Source of the DNA: Candidatus Adlerbacteria bacterium | Lineage (GTDB): Bacteria; Patescibacteriota; Minisyncoccia; Phycocordibacterales; SBAW01 | Assembly (NCBI GenBank): GCA_003135635.1 | Contig: PLCJ01000003.1 | Location: 53,087 to 117,086 of the forward strand | Direction of reading: 5' to 3' | Length of the DNA: 64,000 nucleotides | Shown: one piece after another, positions 18,681 through 27,964 of the stretch | Layout: each line of letters opens with the position of its first letter | Numbering within the stretch: the first letter of the stretch is position 1 | Program-made: the position numbers and the translations under genes | The notes under the pieces: generated by a model | What the model saw: only the letters and a program-made list of their open reading frames with translations | Database searches by the model: none | What the model was told of the DNA's origin: nothing

Positions 18681-20585
18681 TTATGTAGAGGTGGCGTTTT
18701 GGAGATACTGTGGTGTGTTTGTCTCCATCCACTGTAAAAAATTTCCCACCGCAACTGGTGCCCCTATAAGTGTTCCTGTGGGGGCTTTTTCCAGTACCAC
18801 CGCATATGCATAGCGCGGATGCTCGTACGGGAAGAATCCTATCATCCAGGAATTTTCATATTGGTTATTTGCTCCCAGTTGGGCGGTACCGGTCTTTCCT
18901 GCAACATGTACAAAATCAAACTTTACTGCCTGTGAAATGCCACTGGTGACTCCGAGGCGCATACCTTGTTGTATTATCTGAATGTTATAAAGAGGCACTC
19001 CGAGCTGTTTTCCCTCAGGCGTTGAGCTTGCGATAAGTGTCGGCGTCATGAGGGTCCCTCCGTTTGCAATAGCTGCCGCTTCGCGCACCGCTTGGAGAGG
19101 AGTTATGGTGACCCCATACTGACCGATCGTCGTGTGATAGGTATCGCCGATCCGCCAGGTGGGATCCGTGGGGAAATTTTGTGCTTTCCAAGCGGGAGAT
19201 GGAACCGTGCCGGAGGGTTCAGTAAAGCCCGCAAGTCCAGTAGGACTTCCGAAACCAAAAAGATGCATATAGGTATCAATGCCGCTGATACCAATTCCCG
19301 GCTGATTCTGGTAGCCTCCCCCAACTTCATAAAAATAAACATCTGAAGACCATGCAATCGCCAGACGCATATCAACCCATCCATTCGCTCGCCAATCTTT
19401 AAAAATAGAAGGGTGCTTGGGATCAAATGGATTAGGAACACTAATAGAACCGGTGCTGAGTATCTGTGTATTTTCATTGATAACCCCCTCGGTGAGAGCA
19501 CCGACTCCTATAATGGGCTTCACTATCGAACCAGGGGCGTACAGCCCATCAACCGCTCGATTCAGAAATGGCTGGCGGGGGTCGGCGTTATAGCCTGAAA
19601 TGGCGGCAGTATCGCCGTTTGTCATTGCCTGGGGAGAGTACTGCGGATAGCTAGTGAGTGCCAAAATTTCTCCCGTAGTAACATCCATAACAACCCCCGC
19701 GCCCGCCTGAAAGCCTGATTTCTGTACTCTATCGGCAATGGCGGTATATAACGCTTGGGTAACACTGGCATCAATCGATAGAGTGATTTTTTTACCGGGA
19801 ACGGGTGGCTGGAGGACATCTTCTGACACTACTCCACCGTGTGCATTGGCCTCGGTGAGTTTGAGACCGTTTTGGCCCGCAAGCTCTTGGTTATATGCTT
19901 TCTCTATCCCATCCATTCCGACAAATTCGTCTCGGAAATATACCCCACTGCTGTCTTTTGCTGGAGGCACCGCGTATCCCAACACCAGTGCAAGCCCCTG
20001 CAGGGGGGTATACACGCGTTGCGCGAAATCGTCAGTAAGGTTGACACGGTTATTTCCTGCAAGTAATACGCCGTTTCGATCTACTATGATGCCGCGATCA
20101 GCAAAGATGACTTGCTGAATAAGTGGGTTATCGGCCGCTTGTTTTGCATAGGTTTGGCCGTGCGCAATCTCAAGATCGCCCGCGCGGATAACCAGTAGCG
20201 CAAAGATTATGGCAACAATACTTCCCGCCGCAACAATAGAGCGCCGAGAAATCGGACGCTCAAGACGGCCTTCAAACTGATCCTTATCAAATGCAGGAAG
20301 ATTTGATGAGTCGATGAAGATTTCCTCCGGATTAATCTCGGCTGAAATTTTTTTCCGGCCCCACATCTTTCTTCTTCCCATGAGGCAAGTATAGCTCTCC
20401 GGGGTTCTCTCATCCAATTTTTCCCTTCCTTTAAGAGCACAAAAGTGCCTATAGCCGGTCGGGCATCCGCAGACGGATGCGCCCGAGGAGCATATGCCGA
20501 AAAGCAACGACAACGCATGCACACAAGGTCCACGGCAACAAAAGAAAATGAAAAAATCCTGTTGGTGTTCCCCACAAAAGATCAA
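18681..20585 (-). CDS. mrdA: Penicillin-binding protein 2 (elongasome transpeptidase)
   Basis: SxxK GSIVKP, KTGTAQL. Directly downstream of mreBCD. The real start is probably internal (MGRRKMWGRKK). Confidence 0.85.
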   Translation of the reverse strand: MIFCGEHQQDFFIFFCCRGPCVHALSLLFGICSSGASVCGCPTGYRHFCALKGREKLDERTPESYTCLMGRRKMWGRKKISAEINPEEIFIDSSNLPAFDKDQFEGRLERPISRRSIVAAGSIVAIIFALLVIRAGDLEIAHGQTYAKQAADNPLIQQVIFADRGIIVDRNGVLLAGNNRVNLTDDFAQRVYTPLQGLALVLGYAVPPAKDSSGVYFRDEFVGMDGIEKAYNQELAGQNGLKLTEANAHGGVVSEDVLQPPVPGKKITLSIDASVTQALYTAIADRVQKSGFQAGAGVVMDVTTGEILALTSYPQYSPQAMTNGDTAAISGYNADPRQPFLNRAVDGLYAPGSIVKPIIGVGALTEGVINENTQILSTGSISVPNPFDPKHPSIFKDWRANGWVDMRLAIAWSSDVYFYEVGGGYQNQPGIGISGIDTYMHLFGFGSPTGLAGFTEPSGTVPSPAWKAQNFPTDPTWRIGDTYHTTIGQYGVTITPLQAVREAAAIANGGTLMTPTLIASSTPEGKQLGVPLYNIQIIQQGMRLGVTSGISQAVKFDFVHVAGKTGTAQLGANNQYENSWMIGFFPYEHPRYAYAVVLEKAPTGTLIGAPVAVGNFLQWMETNTPQYLQNATST

Positions 20586-20760
20586 GAAAAATTCCTATGC
20601 ATACAGCAAGCACCCACCTTCCTTGAATAGCGGCAAACAGTAACCCCAAAACCGCAAGGGGCCAAAAGGATAGAAGCAATCCTACCAGTAGAATTATGAG
20701 CGCGATAAGAGATCCGATGCTGCGGGACATACTTAACTTATTGTTTCCAAACCTCAACAT
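20449..20760 (-). CDS. mreD: MreD-like membrane protein
   Basis: Small polytopic membrane protein between mreC and mrdA. Confidence 0.5.
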   Translation of the reverse strand: MLRFGNNKLSMSRSIGSLIALIILLVGLLLSFWPLAVLGLLFAAIQGRWVLAVCIGIFLDLLWGTPTGFFHFLLLPWTLCACVVVAFRHMLLGRIRLRMPDRL

Positions 20761-21616
20761 ATTGAAGTGCGAAAGGATTTACCGGCATCTGAAGATAAAG
20801 TGTTTCAAACGATTGATCTTGGGGCGCTACCACTGCAGAAACCGTCGCCATTATGCCGCCGGAGAGAGTGGGAAGGACTACCGAATCTCCAACTGAGGCC
20901 GCAACACCAATCGGCACTTTTGAAACAAGAGAACCACCCCCTTGCCCTTCTATCGAAATGGGAGTGAGCGTACCGTTTTGGCTGTGCAACAGGGCAGCAT
21001 ACGTTTCCCCCGGTGTTGAAAAAAGCGTGACCCGCGATGTTGTGTCATATACCTGCGAAACAATACCAATAAAAAGGGTGCCGCCAGCAGAGACAAGATC
21101 ATTGGTAATAACGCCATTGCTACTGCCGACATCAATAACAAAAACGTCATAGGGTAGCGCGGGCGGACGCATGAGGACTACCCCAAGAATAGTTTTTGTA
21201 CTGCCATTTCGGCTCAAACGATTTTCAAGGTCAAGGGTTTCTTGATAGAGCATGTTGCGATCGGCAAGAAGCGCCGTGGTTGAGGCAAGCTCCGCCTGAA
21301 GAATGGTATTCTCTTTTTCAAGAGCCGCTTTTGAGGCGAAAGGATTTGCTACATCTCCGAGCGTCATACGAACCTGTGCTACCTGAGACCATATGCGCCA
21401 AAAAAAATTCTCAAGGGTAGGACGCAATATCAGAACTCCTATAAGAATAAGAACTCCCAAGAGAGCCACGACAACGCTACCGTGACGTATCTTCGATCGC
21501 TTCTCGCGATTAGGCGAGGTCATCTTCATACTCAATAAGCATATCGCGATAGAGATCGATATTCTCAAGAATAACGCCAGTACCACGGGCAACGGAGGTA
21601 AGCGGATCCTCCGCAA
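20738..21616 (-). CDS. mreC: Rod shape-determining protein MreC
   Basis: N-terminal TM, coiled coil, beta-rich C-terminal domain. Directly downstream of mreB. Confidence 0.65.
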   Translation of the reverse strand: MRRIRLPPLPVVLALFLRISISIAICLLSMKMTSPNREKRSKIRHGSVVVALLGVLILIGVLILRPTLENFFWRIWSQVAQVRMTLGDVANPFASKAALEKENTILQAELASTTALLADRNMLYQETLDLENRLSRNGSTKTILGVVLMRPPALPYDVFVIDVGSSNGVITNDLVSAGGTLFIGIVSQVYDTTSRVTLFSTPGETYAALLHSQNGTLTPISIEGQGGGSLVSKVPIGVAASVGDSVVLPTLSGGIMATVSAVVAPQDQSFETLYLQMPVNPFALQYVEVWKQ

Positions 21617-22565
21617 TCACGACCGGTATCTTCAGCCATTCACTCATGAGCCTTCCCAAGCCCTTAAGGAGTGCTCCGCCGCCTGAAAGTACGATACCTG
21701 AGCGCATAATGTCCCCTAAGATCTCTGGTGGGGTCGTTTCAAGCACTTCTCGCACCGATTCAATGAGTACATCAATTGTCTGGGAAATTGCTTCGCGGAC
21801 ATCAGAGTCTGTAAGCACCACCTCCCGCGGCAGCCCGGTGATAAGATCACGACCGCACACAACCATCTCAAGTGGGATTCCTTCCCCTATGACTGCACCA
21901 ATCGTTATTTTCACCTCCTCGGCAGTTTTCTCACCAATCAAAATCTTAAATTCGGAGCGTACATATGAAGCGATATCCCGATTGAGTTTATCGCCAGCAA
22001 CGCGCAGATTCTTGGAGCGCACAATTCCGCCAAGTGACAAGACGGCGATATCGGTAGTCCCTCCACCGATATCAACGATCATATTTCCAATCGCCTCACG
22101 AATAGGCATGCGAATACCAAGCGCTGCAGCCACGGGCTGCTCCACGATAAATACTTCCCGTGCGCCTGCGTTTTCTGCCGCATCCTTAACCGCACGTATT
22201 TCAACATTGGTAATGCCTGAGGGAACACCGATCACCGCTCGTGGACCGAGTGTTTTTTTGTGTAGTGCCTGTGCGCGATTAATAAAGTATGCGAGCATTT
22301 CCTCCGTTGCCTCAAAGTCTGACACCACACCATCTACCAAAGGCCGAATAGCGACTAAGTGGCCGGGGGTGCGGCCGAGCATTTCTTTTGCCTCAGCTCC
22401 TACTGCTACCACTTGTCCTGTTTTTTGATTCACCGACACGACAGAGGGCTCCATAATGACAATCCCCTTGCCGCGCAGGTATACCAGTGTATTTGCTGTC
22501 CCCAGATCAATTCCGATGTCGTTGGAAAGCAGGGGTAATATTTTTTTAGTGATTTGCTCAAACAT
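21510..22565 (-). CDS. mreB: Rod shape-determining protein MreB
   Basis: Actin-fold motifs DIGIDLGTANTLVY, DIGGGTTD. Confidence 0.9.
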   Translation of the reverse strand: MFEQITKKILPLLSNDIGIDLGTANTLVYLRGKGIVIMEPSVVSVNQKTGQVVAVGAEAKEMLGRTPGHLVAIRPLVDGVVSDFEATEEMLAYFINRAQALHKKTLGPRAVIGVPSGITNVEIRAVKDAAENAGAREVFIVEQPVAAALGIRMPIREAIGNMIVDIGGGTTDIAVLSLGGIVRSKNLRVAGDKLNRDIASYVRSEFKILIGEKTAEEVKITIGAVIGEGIPLEMVVCGRDLITGLPREVVLTDSDVREAISQTIDVLIESVREVLETTPPEILGDIMRSGIVLSGGGALLKGLGRLMSEWLKIPVVIAEDPLTSVARGTGVILENIDLYRDMLIEYEDDLA

Positions 22566-23829
22566 GTCGCAACAATCCAATTAATTCTGATATGCTCACC
22601 AGTGCTGTCTTTCCTGTTTTGCGCTCCACACATTCAAACTTGCCTGCGGATAGCGTCTTCTCCGACACCACCACACGCAGTGGAATACCAATGAGATCGC
22701 TGTCGGCAAATTTTTCTCCTGCGCGAGCGTCTCGGTCATCCCATAGCACCTCTACTCCCTCCTGGATGAGTTCCCGATACAACTCCTTGGCTTCCGCTTT
22801 TACCTCCTCGTTACTTCCTTGCAGCTCAATCATGTGCACATCAAAGGGAGCCACACTCCGGGGCCAGACAATACCCTTTTCATCGGATAATTTCTCTACA
22901 ATAACCCCCATGACGCGCGAGGGCCCGAGCCCATAGCAACCCATATAGACCAATTGCTGTTTTCCCTCTTCGTCCGTATAGGTGTAGTTAAACGCTTTGC
23001 TAAACTTAATATTGAGCGGGAAAATATTTCCCACCTCGCATGCATGCACCTGCTCAAGCGCAGCAAAATCAACGTTGAGCTTCTTGCTATTTTCTTCGCT
23101 TATAATTTCTTTGTTATATGCGATTTTGTGTGTGCGGTCGAGATAAATGATATCTTCGCCAGCATCGCACAGCGTTTGGAACTCGTGTGAAAAATCAAGC
23201 GTGAAGTCCCCTCCTGAGGCAAGGGTGATAAATGTATCAGTGCCGATTTCAAGTCGGTCAAAAATCGTCTGGTAGGAATCTTTCACCTTTTCGTAATAGC
23301 GCTTCAGGTCTTCTTCATCACGATGGAAACTATAGAGATCCTTCATGCGGAACTCCCGTCCGCGCAAAAGGCCAGACTTCGCTCGCACTTCGTTTCGAAA
23401 CTTAGTTTGAATCTGATAATACGCAACAGGCAAGTCTTTGTATGACTGATTGAATTGTTGTGCTATTGGCGTGATGAGTTCTTCATTTGAGTAATTCAAA
23501 ATATACGAAGAATCGTTCTTCGCAAGTGAGAGCTCGTTGGCCCCCAGCGTGCGCATGAGCACATCCACGCTGTTAAGGCGGCCAGTCTGCTTCCAGGGCT
23601 CCAGAGGTGAGAGAGCCGACATCAATATTTCTCTACCAATTTTGTCCATCTCCTCGCGCACGATTCCTTCTATCTTTTGAAGTACCCGAAGACCCAGCGG
23701 CAGAAATGAATATACCCCCGCCATTTCTTTATGCAGATATCCACCCCGTATCAAAAGCTGGGCATTTTTAGCAACTTCGTCCTTAGGCGCTTCACGCCGA
23801 GTCTTGGTAAAAAGCTGTGATTGAAGCAT
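22558..23829 (-). CDS. proS: Prolyl-tRNA synthetase (short form without INS editing domain)
   Basis: Class II motifs. N-terminus aligns with ProRS (ELITPIAQ...RGREF). 423 aa. Confidence 0.85.
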   Translation of the reverse strand: MLQSQLFTKTRREAPKDEVAKNAQLLIRGGYLHKEMAGVYSFLPLGLRVLQKIEGIVREEMDKIGREILMSALSPLEPWKQTGRLNSVDVLMRTLGANELSLAKNDSSYILNYSNEELITPIAQQFNQSYKDLPVAYYQIQTKFRNEVRAKSGLLRGREFRMKDLYSFHRDEEDLKRYYEKVKDSYQTIFDRLEIGTDTFITLASGGDFTLDFSHEFQTLCDAGEDIIYLDRTHKIAYNKEIISEENSKKLNVDFAALEQVHACEVGNIFPLNIKFSKAFNYTYTDEEGKQQLVYMGCYGLGPSRVMGVIVEKLSDEKGIVWPRSVAPFDVHMIELQGSNEEVKAEAKELYRELIQEGVEVLWDDRDARAGEKFADSDLIGIPLRVVVSEKTLSAGKFECVERKTGKTALVSISELIGLLRHV

Positions 23830-23875
23830 AGAGTGCCATTGTAATGGTAAACGCCACTACCGGCAAAATGAGCAT

Positions 23876-24982
23876 TTAGAAATGAAAGAGACGAACAATA
23901 TCGTGATAGGAAATGATGACCATAAACATGAGAAGAAGAGCGAAACTTGCAATTGTAAGATTGGTAGTCAAACGCTCGGGAAGAGGGCGGCCTCGGAGAG
24001 CTTCAATGACAATAAAAGCCAAACGTCCCCCATCAAGACCGGGAATAGGAAGCACGTTGATGAACGCAAGGTTGATGGAGATAAGTGCGGTCAGGAGAAG
24101 TACGGAAGTAAATCCTTGCCGCACCGCTGCCGAGCCGATATATGCAATGCCGATTGGACCTGCAACTTCACTGAAACTTGCCACACCGTGGAGAATACTT
24201 GCAAAAAAAGTTACTAATCCGACGGCGGTTGAGTCAACCATTTGGGAGAATAAGATTGCTCCCTGAACAAGCGCAAGGGGTAGCGACAATCGCAATGTAC
24301 CCACATCGTCAAGTTCGATGCCGATCGCCTGGTGTCCTGGTACGATTCCCGCTGCAGGTTTTGCCAAAAATACATCTTGAACTCCATTACGCTCAACAAA
24401 AAGCACAATACTCTCCCCTGCATGACCCGCAATGAACTGCTGCAGCGCGCTTGAGGACGCTCCGGGGGCGAGCGTTGCCGTAGCAGTTTGAATTTTTACT
24501 ACTTGGTCTCCCGCTTGTATTCCCGCTTGCTCTGCCGGAGAGCCGGGGAGCACATAAACAATCGTCGTATGTACACCCTGCACTACACCCATGGTATGCT
24601 CCCCTGCGCTGGCGGGAAGTCCTACCAGGTAGCCCACAGAGAGCAACAACCACGCAAAAACCAGATTGCACGCAATGCCAGCCACAATGACCGCTCCTTG
24701 TACCCAGGGTGAGCGGTGGGTAAAGCTTCGTTTCTTCTCACTGTCTGAGAGCAATTGGTTCTTTTTTTCGCTTTCTTCGCCAAAAATCTTTACATACCCA
24801 CCCAAAAGAAGCAGATTAAAAGAATAGAGAGTTCCTCCTTTGAAAAAGGAAAAAAGTCGCGGGGGGAACCCTATTGCAAACTCCTCCACTGCTATACCAA
24901 AAGCTTTTGCAGCAAAAAAATGCCCCCATTCATGTACGAGAATAAGACCGATAAGGATGCATACAAAGATAAATAGTGACAT
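23876..24982 (-). CDS. rseP: Site-2 protease RseP (M50 zinc metalloprotease with PDZ)
   Basis: HEWGH zinc motif in TM1, PDZ domain, LDGG motif. Confidence 0.85.
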   Translation of the reverse strand: MSLFIFVCILIGLILVHEWGHFFAAKAFGIAVEEFAIGFPPRLFSFFKGGTLYSFNLLLLGGYVKIFGEESEKKNQLLSDSEKKRSFTHRSPWVQGAVIVAGIACNLVFAWLLLSVGYLVGLPASAGEHTMGVVQGVHTTIVYVLPGSPAEQAGIQAGDQVVKIQTATATLAPGASSSALQQFIAGHAGESIVLFVERNGVQDVFLAKPAAGIVPGHQAIGIELDDVGTLRLSLPLALVQGAILFSQMVDSTAVGLVTFFASILHGVASFSEVAGPIGIAYIGSAAVRQGFTSVLLLTALISINLAFINVLPIPGLDGGRLAFIVIEALRGRPLPERLTTNLTIASFALLLMFMVIISYHDIVRLFHF

Positions 24983-24984
24983 AG

Positions 24985-25536
24985 CTATCCGCCTATTTCT
25001 TTCTCTTTACGGGCAAACATCTCGTCAAACTCTTTATTGAGAGCATCGACACGCTTTTGCATGTCCTCTTTGTTGCGAAATTTATCATCCTCGGTTATGG
25101 TGCCGTCCCGCTCCTTTGCTTGGATATCGCTCCATACTTCATCGCGCACCGCCCGTAGGGCGGTGCGTGCCTCCTCAAGCTTGGCCTTAGCAATTTTTAT
25201 AAGTGCACTGCGACGCTCAGCCGTAAGTTCAGGGAAAAATACGCGTACTCCTTTTTCATCAGCACCCACTGAAAGGCCGAGGTTTGCAGCAAGAATTGCT
25301 TTCTCTATCTCTTTTGCCTGACTGGGTTCCCAGGGAGCGATGCGCAGGGTGCGTGCATCCTCCGTGGCAATGTTGGCCAGTTGTGCGATCGGCATACGAG
25401 TGCCATAACTTTCAACCATGATACCGTCAAGGATTGCCGAGGAGGCGCGGCCGGTGCGCACGCTTGAAAATTCACGGGATAAACGATCTTGTATTTCCGT
25501 TAGATGTTTTTGAAAAAGAGTGAAATCGTACGCCAT
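24985..25536 (-). CDS. frr: Ribosome recycling factor
   Basis: Full-length RRF fold signature (183 aa). Confidence 0.95.
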   Translation of the reverse strand: MAYDFTLFQKHLTEIQDRLSREFSSVRTGRASSAILDGIMVESYGTRMPIAQLANIATEDARTLRIAPWEPSQAKEIEKAILAANLGLSVGADEKGVRVFFPELTAERRSALIKIAKAKLEEARTALRAVRDEVWSDIQAKERDGTITEDDKFRNKEDMQKRVDALNKEFDEMFARKEKEIGG

Positions 25537-25550
25537 AGTGAATAAGTATA

Positions 25551-26213
25551 CTATACGCGAAAACGCTTGGCGGCAGGCGGATATATTTTTACGAGTGGAT
25601 CTTTACTGAGATCATATTTTCTAGCCGGCGCAATTTGGCGGCCATACTCAATGACCCGGTAGGTAAAAGGGAGCCATTCTTTTTTTGGAAGTAACTGCAT
25701 AAGATCTCGCTCGATTCGCACCGGATCTGTATAGTCAGAAAGATCGTAGCGGATCACAAAACGTATAACGTGAGTATCAACAGCGATACCCTCCACTATC
25801 CCAAAGGCATTGCCTAAGACAACATTTGCCGTTTTGCGCGCCACACCCGGCAGGCGAAGGATTTCTGTCATCGTTTGCGGCACACTGCCACCAAATTCTT
25901 TTTTTAGCATCTGCGCTGCAGCTAAAATATTTTTCGCCTTCGCACGATAAAAACCTGCTGCATAGATATCGCGTTCAAATTCCTGTGGTTTGGCTCGCAC
26001 GTATGCCTCAAGTGTTTTGTACTTTTTAAAAAGCTTCTTAGTAATACGGTTGACCATGCTGTCCGTACATTGCGCGCTGAGCTGTACTGCCACAACAAGC
26101 TCCCAGGTAGTATTGAAGTTAAGTGCAATATGAGCGTCGGGGAAAAGTTTTTTAAGAGCGTGGTTGAGTTTTGTTATTCGTTTGCGTCGTGCTTCCAGGT
26201 GCTCATTTTTCAT
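25551..26213 (-). CDS. nth: Endonuclease III-like HhH-GPD DNA glycosylase (no Fe-S cysteines)
   Basis: HhH-GPD LPGVARKTANVVL, catalytic K and D present. The C-terminal 4Cys cluster is absent. Confidence 0.75.
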   Translation of the reverse strand: MKNEHLEARRKRITKLNHALKKLFPDAHIALNFNTTWELVVAVQLSAQCTDSMVNRITKKLFKKYKTLEAYVRAKPQEFERDIYAAGFYRAKAKNILAAAQMLKKEFGGSVPQTMTEILRLPGVARKTANVVLGNAFGIVEGIAVDTHVIRFVIRYDLSDYTDPVRIERDLMQLLPKKEWLPFTYRVIEYGRQIAPARKYDLSKDPLVKIYPPAAKRFRV

Positions 26214-26860
26214 GGTGTGCGTGGGAGTGTGGCAGCCACGTGCTCAAGAAGCATCTTCAAAGATGCCGATCGGTCAGGAAGATAGGAGCGGATGAGTGCA
26301 ATATCGGCAAGCCCCTGACGCATTCCTGCACTTTGGGCGAGATGCGGATATAGCTCCGCCTCGATTGCTTGCAAAAAGTCCCGCACACGGTCGCGTGCTC
26401 CCTCTTCCTCTTCAAGGAGTTCGCTGAGATACGCGCTGCGCTCCTTATACGGAAGCGATAGAAAATGAGCTCCCGGATGTGAGGCGGTGATGCCTGGTAT
26501 GAGGAGCTCCTCGGGGTATGGCGTGAAGCGCGAACGGAGCGTTGCCAGGAGTACACCCGGGGGCACCAAGAGCACAAATACCATTCCCGTTTGAGGCTCT
26601 TCAAATAATTTCAAAAGGGCCTGTTGCGCTTCAGTGGTAATTGAAGAGACACCCACCAAGTAAAGGGCACGGCCGGTGATATTTTTAAGTGCACTTCGTG
26701 TGCGCAAAGCGCGTGCTTCCTCTATGCCAAATTTCTCCCACTCTTCAATATAGAGCTCACCACCAATCTCCCTGCTAAACCCGAAACGCAAGCATGCATC
26801 TTCGGCAAGTGCGCTCAGCTGCGTTCGCGGTCCTTCGTATAGATATGCGTGATGCTCCAT
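26210..26860 (-). CDS. holB: DNA polymerase III delta' subunit-like (degenerate AAA+)
   Basis: ALLKLFEEP box and HAYLYEGP N-terminus. No intact Walker A. Confidence 0.6.
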   Translation of the reverse strand: MEHHAYLYEGPRTQLSALAEDACLRFGFSREIGGELYIEEWEKFGIEEARALRTRSALKNITGRALYLVGVSSITTEAQQALLKLFEEPQTGMVFVLLVPPGVLLATLRSRFTPYPEELLIPGITASHPGAHFLSLPYKERSAYLSELLEEEEGARDRVRDFLQAIEAELYPHLAQSAGMRQGLADIALIRSYLPDRSASLKMLLEHVAATLPRTP

Positions 26861-26871
26861 AGAGCTCCCTT

Positions 26872-27885
26872 TTAGCGCTTAGCGATAATAGCTTTTTTAT
26901 AGGTATCTAAATGTTCAAGAGCAATACCCGTCCCACGCACAACACAAAAAAGTGGGTCCTCTGCCACGTGAGCTTTGACGCCTGTGCGCCGAAGCACCAA
27001 CTCGGGGAAATGGCGCAAGAGAGAAGTGCCTCCGGTCATAACAATGCCTCGTTCGATGATATCGCTTGCAAACTCTGGGGGGGTTTCTTGCAAGACGTCC
27101 CGAATCGCTTTTATGATCTCGCGTAATTCTTTTCCCATTGCTTTGACAATATCGTTTGTCTTGAGCTCCGCTGAGCGAGGCAGACCGGTAATAAAATCGC
27201 GCCCGTGTACGTTCATGACAAGCTCTTCATCAAGCGGCACCGCTGAACCAATAGCAATTTTAATATCTTCTGCAGTTTTTTCGCCGATCGCAAGGTTGTG
27301 TGTTTTTTTTATGTAATCAGCGATAGCGTGGTCAAGTCGATCTCCTGCACATTTAACGGATATCGATGCGACGATGCCGCCCAGAGATATGACTGCGACA
27401 TCGGTTGTTCCTCCTCCGATGTCAATAACCATATTTCCTCGTGGTTCTTGAATAGGTATGCCCGCACCAATAGCCGCTAGCACCGACTCTTTGACGACGT
27501 AGGCGCTCTTGGCTCCTGCTCGAATGGCAGCCTCTACCACAGCGCGACGCTCAGTTGAGGTGACCCCGGTGGGCACTGATACCATTACTTCAGGGCGAAA
27601 AAGCTGAAATCGTCCTAACGCTTTACCGATGAAATAGCGCAGCATCGCTTGGGTTACCCGATAATCAGCGATTACTCCATCTTTAAGTGGTCGGTATGCA
27701 ATTATTTCACTTGGTGTCCGACCAATCATCTCCTTTGCTCTGGCGCCCACCGCCAAAATCCGTTTATCCACTTCAGAAATTGCAACAACTGAAGCTTCAT
27801 TGAGTACCACCCCACGCCCAGGCACAAACACCAGCGTATTGGCTGTACCTAAATCAATGCCGAGCTTAGGGTTAAAAAAAGCCAT
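26872..27885 (-). CDS. MreB/Mbl-like actin homolog (second paralog)
   Basis: LGIDLGTANTLVF, DIGGGTTD. 337 aa. Confidence 0.85.
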   Translation of the reverse strand: MAFFNPKLGIDLGTANTLVFVPGRGVVLNEASVVAISEVDKRILAVGARAKEMIGRTPSEIIAYRPLKDGVIADYRVTQAMLRYFIGKALGRFQLFRPEVMVSVPTGVTSTERRAVVEAAIRAGAKSAYVVKESVLAAIGAGIPIQEPRGNMVIDIGGGTTDVAVISLGGIVASISVKCAGDRLDHAIADYIKKTHNLAIGEKTAEDIKIAIGSAVPLDEELVMNVHGRDFITGLPRSAELKTNDIVKAMGKELREIIKAIRDVLQETPPEFASDIIERGIVMTGGTSLLRHFPELVLRRTGVKAHVAEDPLFCVVRGTGIALEHLDTYKKAIIAKR

Positions 27886-27964
27886 GGAGCGTCATGATAC
27901 CTGAGCGCGTGCGGTAAAACAAACTTTGTCAACGTGTGCGCGCTGCGGTAAGCTAGAAATCCCG

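Noticed and set aside
21646-22428. Long antisense ORFs inside housekeeping genes (for example 21646-22428 in mreB, 30251-30886 in fmt, 8834-9385 in murF, 25037-25321 in frr).
   Set aside because: They sit opposite well-supported conserved genes and have low-complexity S/T/R-rich translations typical of antisense frames.
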